Of a stretch of DNA of 64,000 bases, positions 12,435-56,351 are shown in pieces. Origin of the DNA: Hormiphora californensis. Its lineage: Eukaryota; Animalia; Ctenophora. The translations under genes and the position numbers were made by a program. Each line of letters opens with the position of its first letter. Positions within the stretch are counted from its first letter, which is position 1. The stretch lies in the NCBI GenBank assembly GCA_020137815.1, contig CM035351.1, positions 2,232,001-2,296,000 of the forward strand, written 5' to 3'. The notes below the pieces were generated by a model. It had not been told where the DNA came from. It saw only the letters and a list, made by a program, of their open reading frames with translations, and did no database searches.

Positions 12435-13393
12435 TTGCTTCAATTCATTCTCTTCTCTCCAATGACTATTGCACTTGTTTACTCTTTAAACAGACTTGAT
12501 CTTGAATTGGTGTCTATTGCTTGTTAAAAAGTAGTACAGCTGCATGGCCTGGTCGGGCTGGGGGAAGATGTCATGGTCGAGTGTATGAGATGACGGGCGG
12601 CGCGAGGACATATTTGTAGATTTGCTGGCGCGCACAAAAACATTGTGCCGCGCGCACGTGAAGGCAGATCATGAGTCTGTCAGAGCAGAGGTCAGTGACC
12701 TGACGTCACCTGGCAGTGCCGTGGCACCTGAGCTGCTAGTCGACACACAGGATACGCACTGCCAGCAGGTTTAATTCCACGTCACTCTAGATAGAGCGAT
12801 TAGTTTGATTCCTGGCTGCACTGCATAACCAAGTATCGTGGCCTGGAATTCGGCCATCAGGAAGTAACGGTCCGGGATATGACATGGATTTGCAGCCCAT
12901 TTGCATTTTGGTTTTATTAAAACCAGGTTTTAATACGAAACGTTAAACTCAGTAAATTTCATTTTAACAAACCAATACATTATTTTTATACAACGACACA
13001 ACAACCAATAAACCGTTATAATACACGCACTAACACGAACAGAATACATTGAAACCGGTCCGGTTCAGAATACGACAAAGAACCTTGAACATACGGAGTG
13101 TTTTTTTGGGTGAAATATTACAAAAAACGATCAGCTATCAAAATGAAACCCAGCCCTGTTCACAGCTTACATAACACGACAGTATTTTCTTTTATCCAAA
13201 ACAACCCGGTAAACATAGATACAATCACGTTCCTACCCTCCCATCTCTCTCTCGTTAACTCATTGCTACTCTCATAATAATAATAATAATGATACATACT
13301 ATTGTACTCTATTTGATTTTGATTTACTCTTTTCTACTCTTACACTGACTAAAATTGAATAATTTATACACACATTAGAGAGTCAATATGTTG

Positions 13394-15531
13394 TCACGAG
13401 GGCGCCGTGATCAATGTGGCACAGGGGTGTTTCTTGACCCGGGTTATGGTTGAATACCGCGGGTTGTGGGGCACCAGGTTTTCAACCACACACCCCGGCT
13501 CAGATGTCACCCCTAGATCTGAACTGTCCACGGACCTCCTCGTGAAGAGAACTCTGATATCAGTGTGTAGGTAGACTCTTGTTGATCGACCTGGGTAGGG
13601 GGAGTGTTAGGTTTGGATGATTTAGGAACAGAGAGAATAATTAAAACATGAGAAATAGACCAGAAACAGACTGGTTTATTATGTGAACAGGGGCCAATAT
13701 TAAATATGTAATGTGAGTCTTGTGGAATATTCTGGATGCGAGATAATATAAAACTGCATGTACGTGACTACTGACTGAGTTAGAGGCCAACAGAGAGAAA
13801 CATCCCGAAAAGAAAGAACCCGCGTCAGAGCACTAACCTAACCCTATTCTCATTTCTTTTTAATAAGCGGAGCCGCTTGAGAATAGCGGTCAGATCATTG
13901 GCCTGACAGAAGAAACCTGAAACAACTGATAAACTGCAACTGACCTGATATGAGACGGAAATGTATGTGGTACATCAGACTTTTCTTTCCCTGTTCGTTC
14001 ACACTGTAGATGCGATGCCGTATGAATGTGTGACATCTAGGTGGCATATCTCTGACATCAAAAGACACCAGAAATATCCGGATGGCGTTATTATCTGGGT
14101 CTAGTATGGTGGCCTGTATCCTGCCTTGTCTGGGAATCTGGTAACCATGGGTACCACAATTTGACATGGAGATGCACCCCGTGTAAGGGGAGGGTGCCTC
14201 TGAGTAGTTGTAGTATTGTGCTGTGAAGGGAAGGGAGACTGAGGGGGAGCTGGATAATCCAGAGGCACTCATCCGGAATTTAAATCCCTGGATAAGACCA
14301 GCCGGGGTGAACCTGTTACGAAGCATGGACTCCTCGAAAGAACCTAACAAGGCAGGTCGAAGGGCTTTCCGTTTTCGTGCCTTGGGGCTGGCTCGAGGAG
14401 TGGGAGCCTTGTATTTTGGTATTGAGGGGGGTGTGGCCCACTGGTAGAATCTGTCCACAGGCCCCGGGGAGTAGATACCAGAATCGTGTAGTGCAGATGA
14501 AACTACACACACCTCATCAGAGTAACTGATGGAGGTAGCAGAGACGGCTGTGTTGTGGATATTAGCCTGTTGGGAGCAGGAAGTGGGAGATTTGACAGGG
14601 GAAGGGATGATCGTTGCAGATGGAAGTCGCTCCTCCATTCTCTCTGAAGGGAGATATGTGTGTGTAAGCGAGATGTAGGTGCATGGTGGTACACACACTG
14701 TTTATATCCAGGCACAGCGTGAGCTATTTTGGGAGTTTGCTGGCTGAATGCGCCGTGAGTTCGCAGTTTCGGCTGCGCACATATCCACGAAATATTGTAC
14801 CGCGCGTCACGTCTGTGGAGATGGGTGCCAGCGAATGGCGAATTGTCTTGAGGCCGGACAAACCGAGAATAACAAACTCTTACCCAAGACACGTAGGGGG
14901 CGCCGGGGCAGCGAGTGAACGGTGACAGTTAATAAACTATCGTCCAGGAGGGTTAAACTGGGGAATTTGTGCGTATCCGGGTGTAGATCGAAGTCTGAAT
15001 AATCGCTAATCCTGAATAGAACGGGGGCGTTGTTAGAGGGCTTTGTATTGGAATATATTCAGATTTCAAAATATATTTTGGTAATTCTAACTGGGTATCA
15101 GAAGCCGGGTGTACCTGTATTTGATTGAAGAAGGTAGAAGACCCTGGGAGGAAGATAGCCATGCAGATATTTGTGAGAAATGGAGGTGAGAGTGGACTGC
15201 TTGGATCAACATCCGACCATCACATCTCCCTACTGCATCGTCTCCAAAACTGTGGGTAAAATGTTTTAGTTGTGATTCAAATAACAAGGCTGTGCCCCCG
15301 GTGTGTGGCATGCTAAGGTCACCTATGAAACTGAATAATTTTATCTTCATTACTAACTTGTTGACATCAATATTGATGTTCCATCTCTCTAGGAGGAGTT
15401 CTGAATTTCCCATTCCCACCTTTCCCTCCCTCAACTCCAATCCGCACCCAACTGCGTCTAGGTTCAGCTGGAAGGGCCCACTGAGGTCCAGGCCTTGTAT
15501 TGTGTCCTTCAGCTTTAGTAGTTCCCCACAC
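13394..15531 (-). CDS. ATOSA: Atos homolog / FAM214 (DUF4210 plus C-terminal domain), multi-exon; start exon upstream of 15531 not resolved
   Basis: LLLERWNI, AVHSHLHFSQISAWL, LLGSFEESML, PSPYTG, GYQIPRQGRIQATI, FLVSFDVRDMP...TFIRHR, and last exon VYLHTDIRVLF...PHNPRYS to TGA at 13394. Junction phases checked at 15115/15011, about 14884/14644 and 13590. Confidence 0.88.
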
Positions 15532-16600
15532 TGCAAAGATAATGATAGTAAGAAAAGAAAGGGTCGTGGGCTGTGGGAGGCAATTTTTTGTTGATAAGAC
15601 TCAAATACTCAGGAAGCATTGAGCTGTGGGAAATGGTAATCAGACTGTTCCTAAATACGGGTTCTCTGTGCAAGTGAGTGCAGTACTACATCCTGTATTT
15701 CTACAAAAAGAGGGCTAGATTGAGGGGAGTATTTTATGTAGTTTATTTATGTGATCCACGGCTTCCGAGAGCACACTAACAGTAGCATATGTGTACGTGG
15801 GCGGTAGAAGGGAGACCAGGTAAGGAAGTGTATACCACTTTGGGGGAATGGAGGGGAGATAGGAGGGGGAGAGAGAGAGAGTGTGTTTGAGAGAGGGAGG
15901 AAGAGGGAGAGAGAGAGAGAAAGAGGGATAGAGAGAGTGTGTATTTGGGAGAGAGGGCAATGATACCTAAATCAGGTATCACCTAGCTGAGGAAGGTAAA
16001 TCTAATCTCAAAGAAATTCAAGGAGTCTGCAGGTAATCAGGTTGAGAGAGCTAGAGAAAGAGAGCGAGGGAGAGAGAAAGACAGGGGGTGTTCGCGTGTA
16101 AAAGTGATCCATAGCGATTCAGTACCGGAAATTCCGGTCGCCCCTATATTGAGGTAACCACTATGTGACACATAGTATGTGTGCTAGTTATTGTCACTAT
16201 AGTAACCACGATACATGTGTTAGTTATTGTCACTATGGTAACCACTATCAAACACCGCGAATTAACCACTCACTAAGATTATTTCTACATTATTGATGAT
16301 CTAGAAGTGTCTCAGTGGGATCTTTTTTATATAGTCGTCATCTCATTATGCGGTTCTGAAATAGACCACATCTCGATAGTGCAGGTCCAGGAAATTATAA
16401 AAATGGAGGTCAGAGAGTGAGTGAGAGAGAGAAAAAGAGGGGGTGAGAGAGAGAACTGCACTTTTAGGTTGCGATGAAACGCTATAAAAAGCGTGCTTCA
16501 ACATTACATGCATCAGTGACTACCTAACATCTGTCTCGCCATACATATTGGTGTTACACCAGTAGTGTGTTCTCATAGCAACTCACAATAACACCCTTTA

Positions 16601-16928
16601 GTGCACCTAATTTTGTTGTCATGTTCTAACCCGGAGCGTGTGAAGAGAGGGTCGAGCTAGGCAAGGTAGGGGGTGTCTCAGATTGTGTCTCTATGTGACA
16701 CATAAAGTCGGATTTTTTGAAGTTGTCACCCCAAATGACCGTGCATGTGAAATTTATCAATTTTGATGCGCACAAAAACATTCCGTGCACGAGAAGGGGG
16801 TGACAACTTCAAAAAATCCGACTTTATGTGTCACATAGAGACACAATCTGAGACACCTCCTACCTTGCCTAGCTCTACCCTCTCTTCACACGCTCCGGGT
16901 TAGAACATGACAACAAAATTAGGTGCAC
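16601..16928. mobile_element. Foldback/MITE with about 130-bp inverted arms and a 65-bp spacer
   Basis: 16601-16731 (gtgcacctaattttgttgtc...gttgtcacccc) is the near-perfect reverse complement of 16797-16928. No clear TSD. Confidence 0.85.
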
Positions 16929-16968
16929 GAATCCCCAGATAAGAGGGCGGTCATATTTTACTAGGTGG

Positions 16969-16971
<3 letters not shown>

Positions 16972-17043
<72 letters not shown>
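16972..17043. repeat. (AG)n microsatellite
   Basis: Direct reading. Confidence 0.95.
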
Positions 17044-17046
<3 letters not shown>

Positions 17047-19761
17047 GGGGAAGAGATACATGACAAGACAAGTGACAGTATATATTGACGTCAGACAACA
17101 CTATGAGTAACACACACTATAACAGCTGACTGCTGAGTTATAGAGTAGCTCTATTTAGCTCTTCATACTAAATTTGAGCACTACTATGATAAACGTGGCT
17201 GCAGTGCTACACAGGCTGTGAGAGGACCGGCAGACATGTCAGGATTTGAACAGTTGATCGAACGTGTTCGTCCCACGAGAGAGAGTCTGAACAAGACATG
17301 TCAAGTCAAAGGTGGATATAATATGGATATTGTGCAACATATTCCTAGCAGTGCAGAAGTGTTATGCCCACTGTGTATGAATACCGCTGGGTATGTGTAG
17401 TAGTGGGCTGTGTGACAAGTTCTAATAGTGCCATTACCACATGTCATGTGTGTGTAATAATTGATCATGGTAGTGAATAATACTTTCACTGTCAGTACAC
17501 ACACACACATCTAACATCGCTCTCAGTGCGTGTTTGTGTGAGTCAATCTTCCTGTGAGATGATCCATATAATGACTTGAGTCGATTGAATGTCCCTTGCT
17601 TCACAAGACAACTGCAAGAAAAACTAAAAAAGTATGTACAATGCAAACAATGACAGCGTATACCAAACTTGAGAACCCCGGAGTCCCTGGGGACACCGGA
17701 TGTCGATAATGCTCTTCCGTAGGGGACCAGGGTATGTGGTGTACCCTCCCTTACAGGGAAATAACAGGGGACACAAACTCCCACCTACGTATGAACATTG
17801 AACACGAACCGTCGAATGAACATTGTACACGCGTACAGAATTATTACTTATGGCACTTCCTCTTCTTAGCCCTACTATTATAACTTGGTCTATTATCAGT
17901 TACAATTCTATAAGTGTATGGTAATTGAAGAGAGAGAGAGAGAGACGAAAAAGGAAATGGTACAAATATAATACCCGCTTCCCGCCGCTTCTCCCTATTA
18001 ACAGTAATATGTGTGTCCTCTGTCCGGGTGTATGTATGCTCAGTGGTATGCCACATGTGTGTTCCTTTGTGGAGTGGGTATGCATTTTATTATGTACATG
18101 TACCATCAATGAGATCTTCAAAATGTTGATGTGTATGTCACGTGCCTGTTGCTTGAGAAGATTGAGTGTTAGAGAGTACTTTACACACACGAGCGGAAAA
18201 CAAATAGTTCTGTGGCAGCAGTAGAAAGGATTTCTTAGAAAAATCATGCTAAGAAGGAGAGAAATGTCGGGAGAAAAAAAGGGGAGTATGAGTTGCTCGA
18301 CCCTCTCTCACCGTACCCCAAATTTTGTAAAAGAAGAGTTAGAACTCCGTGATTTGTACTTCGTTCCACCACCAATTATACATAACAAACTAAAAGCTTG
18401 AGTCCACTAACCTGAGTTTCCACATTGCACTGGTGCCGTGGTTCATTGGTTAGGACACCGGGACAGTGGACACCCTCCCTACTCCTGATATCCTCTCTGC
18501 TGCTACTTATACCAGTTGTCCTCACCTAGGGAATAATACATGATAGTGGTTATTAAAGAAAAACAACGATTTGTATTAAAATACACACTGATATATGATG
18601 ATACTTTCTCGTGTAAAGTAATAATAGAATATAGTGATGTACGTGGTACTATAAAAAACTTCCAGTGCACGAAAATAAAACTGCTAAATATATTGCATAC
18701 CAACCTCATTTATAAGTGTACAAATATCAACAATAATCTCCGATGGGTCCTCTGATTTCTTCATTCACGTTGCGTTCTTTTTCTCCAGCTATATAAAATC
18801 CATTCGTATAAAGCTATATAATATCAGGATAAATACCTTCACGGTCTCTCCTTCTTTCTCTCTGTATTTATCTCTCTCTCTCTCTCTCTATCATTCTCTC
18901 TCTCGCTACGCACAGGTCACTAAGAGGCACCTGGAGCTTTTAACAGTTTGTTCGTGCACACACATACAAGCAACTGTAACATGGCAAACACTTGACCACG
19001 GCAGCAGCAGCAGCAGCACAGGTGTAATGTGTGTGTGGGCCGCAATAACGAAATCAGGCAACTTCTACCCGACATAGTGTATACTGACAGATATATTTGA
19101 TATTTGTTGCAGTTATAAAACACAACAAACAATTACAGAAAATTGGAAGTCATATAGTTGGCGATTTGTCAGAATTTACCAATTGAATGTAAACTCAGTA
19201 AACCATAATATTGTTCAAGACTGAAGACCAGGTGGCTATGGGTTAGGGATGTAACATGATACGTGACGACAGGAAAACAACGCTGCGTGATTTATCAGGA
19301 GGCTTGTGTTCCGGTCGATCAAATATATAGCGGTTTTATCAGTTTTTTGGTGCAAACTGCTGCACTGGAAAGGTATATTCTATTCTAAGCTTTATCTCTA
19401 AAACTGCAGTATAAAATTAGGTTTGCAGTTTGCCCAAGCAAAATTGGATTTCATCATTTTACCATTGGACAAATGAACTAGAGCAGCTAGGGACAATTTG
19501 AAGGTCTTATTTTTCTCGACTTGACCATTCATTTATCAATTAAACGCATTTATCGACGGGACTCAGAAGAAGTATAAAACAGGATCGGACCTTGGATTTC
19601 GGCTCAGTGTTTCCCTTTGCGTCTAAGATCGATGCACCAGTCTGCAGTCAGTGGGCGTTAACCCAACATTCAGAACCGGTACAGGAGGAGCTCAGGAGCA
19701 TACGGGCTTTGACGACGCGAATCTTAACTGTAACGACTAACGGTCGACGTTGAATCAGGCA

Positions 19762-20031
19762 GTACTTGTAGTCTTGTAATCCTCTTTGCGCAAATACCGC
19801 ACAGGTGTCAGCTCCTCACAGAGCCTCCTCCTCCCTGGAAGCTATTCGTTCCCAGTCAAGTATCGAACTGTTGTTCTGTCGAGTGTATCCAGTCACCGGG
19901 GGTCGGTCTGAGAATCTCTCCAGCCATTTACCAAGAAGGACTTTGAATGAGGCTAGGTCTTCCGCCGTATTCACGTTACATGGTAGGGTGTTCCGCGGTA
20001 CGGCACCGGGCACCCTGCACTGCGGGCTCAA
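19762..20031 (-). mobile_element. Strongly 5'-truncated CR1/L2-group LINE 3' fragment
   Basis: LPCNVNTAEDLASFKVLLGKWLERFSDRPPVTGYTRQNNSSILDW matches the C-terminal tail of the RT ORFs at 33495 and 35079. Confidence 0.8.
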
Positions 20032-20677
20032 GGAATATGCTTTAGGCTGCTAAATCCCTTGCCTAGTTGCCTGTCATGCGGGTGACGTGCGGCAACCCAG
20101 ACGGTGACGTGAAGCTTCCTGATCCAAACAGGCCCGTAAGGTGTAAGGAAAAGTAAGGACGACCAAAATAAAAACAAAAAAGAAAGTTTTAAAATTTGTA
20201 AGATAAACAAAATAAAAGTGAAATTTTAATTTTGGCGCGCAAGGCTCCCACTTTTACTGAAAGTCAGCGCGGCAGTTGATTTGCGCGTGCAATATTTCTG
20301 CTGCTGCGTTTGATAGATCATGAGTCTGATGACCGGGAGTCCAGCTAGCCTGATATTGATGTTCAGATTTATAATAGATAATTAGTTAACATTAACATTA
20401 AAATATGTTAGAAAATCATTCCCGGAATCGCAAGACACGTTGCGCGAAAACACGGATACTTTGTTAACTTGAGACACATCGCGCGTTACATACATGTGTA
20501 GATCGAGCTTCAAGTTTCATCAAGATCACATCCATATCAAGTTTAGTAGAAAACACGACAACACGTTTCGTCAAACATACGTAAATCTGATTCCAATAAA
20601 ACAGAGAGAAAGTAACAAATTAAAAACACAACACACAGGGGAAGAGAAAAAAGACAGACGAGACGCGAGGACCATTA

Positions 20678-39652
<18,975 letters not shown>

Positions 39653-39902
39653 CTACTGTTGTTACGTGTGTCACGTCATCACCCCAAATCTTTATTTTTC
39701 ATTTCCTGCAATTGCGAGGAGTTCTAAAGGCGATCTGACTGGAAGAAAACAATCTCAAACTTTTAAAAACTAATATTTTCACTTGAGTTGCTTTGTAGAG
39801 CCGTAAAAAGGATTTAAGCCTTGCTAGAAAGCAGAAACACGAAAAACGCCGGTTCTGCATTTTTTGAAAATTTCAAGATCTGGAAATTTTTCATTTTTCA
39901 AG

Positions 39903-41250
39903 TTTTTTTTTTTTTTTTTTTTTTTTTTCTTAAAATTCACTAACCCCAACACCGATTGGCATCACTTTCCAACAGCCGAAGAGAAGCTGCCGAAGAGAGA
40001 AAGGGGGTAACCATATGAAGAGTTAATCGCGATGAGTCTCATTCACATTGGGTTCGATCATTTGCCCCCGGTGTTGGGGTTAGTAATAAATAAATAAATC
40101 TTAAAATCACTCAAATATTACTATACATAAATAAAAAAAATCTCACACATGTTTCAAATATTGAAGTCCATGTTTTCCAATCCTGTTGGGGCGTACTTTG
40201 TACGGCATCCTCTCAGCGACCTCAGGGTGGCTACCAGTAGGCAGAATCTGAGCCGCCTTCTGATTGCCGCCAAAGCCTCACTGTAGATTTCTCCGTGTTT
40301 ATTTTCAATAAGTTTGGCTGTCTTCTTAATCGCTTTGTCCATTTCAGGGCCAACACCACCTGTTGTGGTAAACACTAGTGGAGAAAAGGTCCCGCCCTCG
40401 ACAATCTGGACTCGTCTCATGTAACATGTCTTCTTGGACTTCTCGTGGTTTTTGTACAGAGATGATGGCTTGATGTTGAGATAAGAAGCTGCCATCGGGT
40501 GACAGACTCTGACATCCATGTAGGACATCTGGTCGGGAGCCCACAATCCCATGCACACGATGTCCATACGGGCGTCTCTATCTGTATTTGCCCACGGATA
40601 TTGCTGCATTTCTTGGTCGTAATCCTCACATGGTTGTAGGAGTTTTTCAGTTTCTATAGACCTGACACCAGCATAGGATAAGATATCAGCAAAGTTGTCT
40701 CTCAGGCGGTCGTGTCTGTAGATTGTGTAACCACCTTTGTGACAGGACAATGCGTGATCGGCACTGTTACTGGACCCACATGGGCATTTGGCGGGGAGAT
40801 CGAGAAACGGTAATCCAAATCGAAGGTGCATCGCATCGACAAACTCTTGTTTGGTCAGGTGATGTCCATGTGCTTCGATGGGTCTTGCTGTCAGCCAAGA
40901 GGATGCCCCAGGTTCTTGGTTTAGTGATTGCAACCGGTTTTCCGTGTCAGTCATCCTTGCTTTCAGGGAATTCATCTGGACAAGATGTCTTTCGATTGTA
41001 CTTTCTTCGCATTCCTTAGTTCTCTCTCTGGTGATCTTTTCGATTTTGTCTATGGTAGGACCATCCAGTTCTTCATCTGAGAGAAGGTGCTCCACTAATG
41101 GGCCTGTGCAGTGGAGAGAATGCTCGTATGCAGTGTCAGCCGAGAGCATTGGGTTTTCAATTCCTAGACCCCCCATCTTGACAGGTAGAGCGATGAGTTC
41201 CCGTTGCAGATCCGTTACATGTGAGCCGAGCAGAGATGGAATGAAGTAAT
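39903..41250 (-). mobile_element. 5'-truncated CRE-like non-LTR retrotransposon with restriction-like endonuclease and poly(A) tail
   Basis: LPVKMGGLGI, GASSWLTARP, C.CG...HALSC..GG....RHD zinc knuckle, RMDI...DVRV PD-(D/E)xK-type nuclease, F.PLVFTTTGG; poly(T) on + at 39903-39928. Confidence 0.85.
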
Positions 41251-41254
41251 ATAA

Positions 41255-41524
41255 AGTCGAATTTTTTAATCAAGGGACAGGGGGCCGCGCGTTTAGAGGG
41301 GTCGCGCGGCTTTGTATTTGCGCGTGATACTCGAGATCAAGTTCCTGGCAATCTTAAGACTTGAACCCAGAAGCGTTGGAAAGATAATTTTAAGACCTTT
41401 TCAACGCAACCAAGATCGAGTCTTTATCTTATCAGGAACAGAAGATATGAGCGAAAACGTTTAGCACGCGCAAAAAGACTTTTGTTAATGCGCGGCCCCT
41501 GTCCCTTGATTAAAAAATTCGACT
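41255..41524. mobile_element. MITE with about 35-bp TIRs
   Basis: agtcgaattttttaatcaagggacagggggccgcgc / gcgcggcccctgtcccttgattaaaaaattcgact. Confidence 0.85.
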
Positions 41525-41931
41525 AAAGTGTAAGCGAAACTAAAACGAACCCCCTGCGCGGCTCAAATTGAATGTTTTTTGGTCATAACTCCGTCAATTC
41601 TTAACCAAATCGCTTAAATATGGGCTCGTTGGAAAGCCCTGAATGTCCTCTTTCTAATGAACCCAGGTTTAAGCAATTTGGTCAAGAATTGACGGAGTTA
41701 TGACCAAAAACATACTAAATAGTGCTGAAAAAGTACATTCGGTCGTTTTTGGTCATAACTCCGTCAATTCTTGACCAAATTGCAAAATCTTGGATTCATT
41801 AGAAAGAGGACATTCAGGGCTTTCCAACGAGCCCAAATTTAATTGATTTGGTTAAGAATTGACGGAGTTATAACCAAAAACGTTCAATTTGAGCCGCGCA
41901 GGGGGTTCGTTTTAGTTTCGCTTACACTTTA
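41524..41931. mobile_element. Palindromic MITE with about 190-bp arms
   Basis: taaagtgtaagcgaaactaaaacgaaccccctgcgcggctc... is mirrored at the right end; internal ggtcataactccgtcaattc repeats. Confidence 0.9.
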
Positions 41932-42381
41932 AAGTCCGTTTCAAGCGACTTGACCCGTAATTCTTGGAATTTGGCGCATTGCGCGTGTATTTACAAAGGG
42001 GAAATCCTGAATTTCCAGGAATCTCAGGTCAAGTCGTTTTATTTATTTGAAACGCACTTTATAACATGCGCGCGCGCTATTTCAACTGATGCACTTGCAG
42101 CGGAAAAGCTGTCATTCCGCGTCTTACGGTAATCCAACGTGAACGTGTCAATTAGAGATACTGAAGGTGAAACAAATACACGAAGACATCAGTTTTGGTA
42201 TATTTGAAAAATAAAGTGGTAAACATATCACATATATGTTGTTGCCCCTTGTCAATGAGGGTACTCTGTCTTCCTATCAACTCACACACTCATGTCTCAA
42301 AAGATAAAATAGTCCTCGCACCGCGAGTCGCAGCTGTCATGTCTCTACTGTCCTTTCAGTTAAATAGTCTCTGCAAATAAA

Positions 42382-53898
<11,517 letters not shown>

Positions 53899-54035
53899 TG
53901 TGTTGAGCTCTTACAGTATCACATCACAGAGCTGTTAAAAATACATTGCATCATTAAATTGACAGTAAGCAACTGACTCGGACTTCCCCAGACCCCACCC
54001 TCTGACTCCAAGGGCGTTGTTGCCAATTGGAGAGG

Positions 54036-54510
54036 GGCGCCGTTAAGATATGGGTGTTTGGTGGCCTGTTTACAGGTGAACGCAGGGCGAGCGTTAAAAT
54101 CTGGGTGTTTCGTGAGTGCTGACAAACGGTTTTTTAGGGTTAGGGCTAAAGTCGGGTTAGGGTTAGGGCTGGGGTTTGGGTTGGGGTTAGGCCTTGACAT
54201 TTCCTACCAGATAAACTATGAATTAGCCAAAACGGTTGAGTGGTTTGGCGGTTAGAATCATTTTAGTGAATCAACTTTTTTGGCAGCGCGCACCTGTAAA
54301 CAGGCCACCAAACACCCAGATCGTAACGGCGCCCGTGAACGCAGCACGCTGCCAAAAAAGTTGATTCACTAAAATGGCTCTAACCGCCAAACCACTCAAC
54401 CGTTTTGCCTAATTCAAAGCTTATCTGGTAGGAAATGTCAAGGCCTAACCCAAGTCCTAACCCTAAAAAACCGTTTGTCAGCACTCACCAACCACCTAGA
54501 TTTTAACGCT
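54036..54510. mobile_element. Rearranged inverted-repeat element containing degenerate TTAGGG repeats, just upstream of PRPF8
   Basis: 54036-54078 is inverted at 54291-54333; about 54090-54290 is inverted at 54346-54510; tagggttaggg tract at 54135-54192. Confidence 0.75.
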
Positions 54511-55672
54511 AGCCATTTGAGATGGGTGGTAACGTGTAAGTAAAATTGTCATGAGGCGCGAGAGCATTTTTAACTGCGCCCTACAGACGTTTTGGCCGTT
54601 TAGGATGAGAAAAAGTGCGGAAAATTAAACAAACGTGAAGTTTTTAAAACACGAAGTTTAAAAAAAGTTTGCAAGTTTTTTATTTGGATTCCATGTTATT
54701 ATCGTTTCAAGCCGCGCATCATAATGCAACGCATTTGTTACATTTTTACCGCTTACTACATTTTGTCTCTCGTGCTAATTAAATCAACGATCTTACTTTT
54801 CAGCCGCGCGCTGCCGTTTCGAAAATTTGGTTTCTTGCAAAAAAAGTTCCGTTTTTTTTTTGTTTCTTCGTTTTTTTTTCTTGAAAAGCGCTGCCTTGTC
54901 CCGGGGGCCAGCAACGTTTGCCAATTTTTTTCTCGAGTTTTTTTTGTATTGAAAAGGCAAAGGGTCTGTAGCATCTGCCACGTTATTGTGACATTGACAA
55001 GTTCTTGTGAAATTTCTGTGGCAACTTTTTGCAATGTCATAATGGTAAATTCGCACTGTTTTACCTGAACCTTTGTCTCCGAAAGCAAGCAGAGCCAAGA
55101 TGCCCCACCAGCACCTAATCATCGGTGGCTACGAACTTCCTTTGCTTCTAGAGCGATCCAACTGCAGTGGACTACCCTCCTAGTAATGGACGGAAGACAG
55201 TGCTGGGACTTCACCGGTGGGGTCAATTACTAATGTGCATTCAGCAAATATAGACCAAAGTAGGTCACCAAACTGGGTCTGGTTTTATAATACTTCTTGG
55301 GAAGACCTGAAGAAACCAATACCGGACTGGACGCTACTCCAGGAGGGGCTGATGAGCTGGCATCGGACGGTGCAATATCTGCACACAGGATTACAAGAGG
55401 GGAGGCTTTGTTACCCGCCCGCCCAACAGTTGGAAAATCTTTCCAGCGACAACTGGGGGTATCAAGCTTTCAATTTTAATCAAAATGTGGGCCGGGTCAA
55501 ATCGATGGAAGTGGACTTGCTAAGAAGTGTTGTAACTTGTATCTGTGTATTGGCCCTTCTTCAAAAAGTATAAAGCACTAAAGTCATGCGACATTGTCGC
55601 GTTAATAATAATAACAAACATAAGACTAGCATTTCAGTTACATTTGTCCCATAAAACAATGATTTTGTAGGA

Positions 55673-56309
55673 ATGGATGACGAAAGAGAGAGCCTACTTC
55701 GAGCATCAATTCAGAACTTGTCCCGCTCTGTTCAGCACTACGGAGTGGAGAGAGGTACGTTAAAATTATGTGTATATTGAGAGCAGGGGAAATGGACTGA
55801 AATAGTGGGAAAGAGTGGGACAGAATACAATGGGAGAGATAGAGAGATAGAGGGTTTCCAAGAAGAGAGAGCAAGAGAGATTGGAGCGAGAGAGAAAGAG
55901 AGAGGGAGGGGAGTGAGAATATTGCGGCAAGCCACCTAAACTTCCTACCTTTGTTGCTCCCATTGTCTCTTGCATTTTAGCTGCTCCACTCATGCTATTT
56001 GTTATATCGCCTCTTGTAGATAGTCAAGTTAAGTGGTAGTTATTAATCGTAACGAGATGTTTTGTTTCATGCGGTTAAGCAATCATCATAACAAGTGGTA
56101 GTTTGCGATTTAGTTGTTTTTAGTGGCATATCTCATTCGATCTATGCATAAAAAGTAAGCGCTGCAGGAAGGGAAAGATCTCTTATAACGTTCCTACATA
56201 GTGACTCAATATGGCCCCTCGTAAATGCTCCTCGTGAGATGTAATAAGACCATAGATGTAGATAGGCTTCTTGCTACAGTTAGCTACTTTCTCTTCCCTG
56301 CTCTTTGCT

Positions 56310-56351
<42 letters not shown>

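Noticed and set aside
18432-18470. tRNA gene (A-box-like tggttcattggttagg); also a B-box-like stem near 47178-47192
   Set aside because: No complete cloverleaf or partner box; at most SINE remnants.
20326-20360. Hammerhead ribozyme core CTGATGA (also near 55349)
   Set aside because: No properly placed GAAA or flanking stems.
54135-54192. True telomere or chromosome fusion site
   Set aside because: Short, degenerate and embedded in an inverted-repeat element between genes.
55217-55573. 118-aa + strand ORF upstream of SLC12A9
   Set aside because: GTG start, no recognisable motif or splice support.
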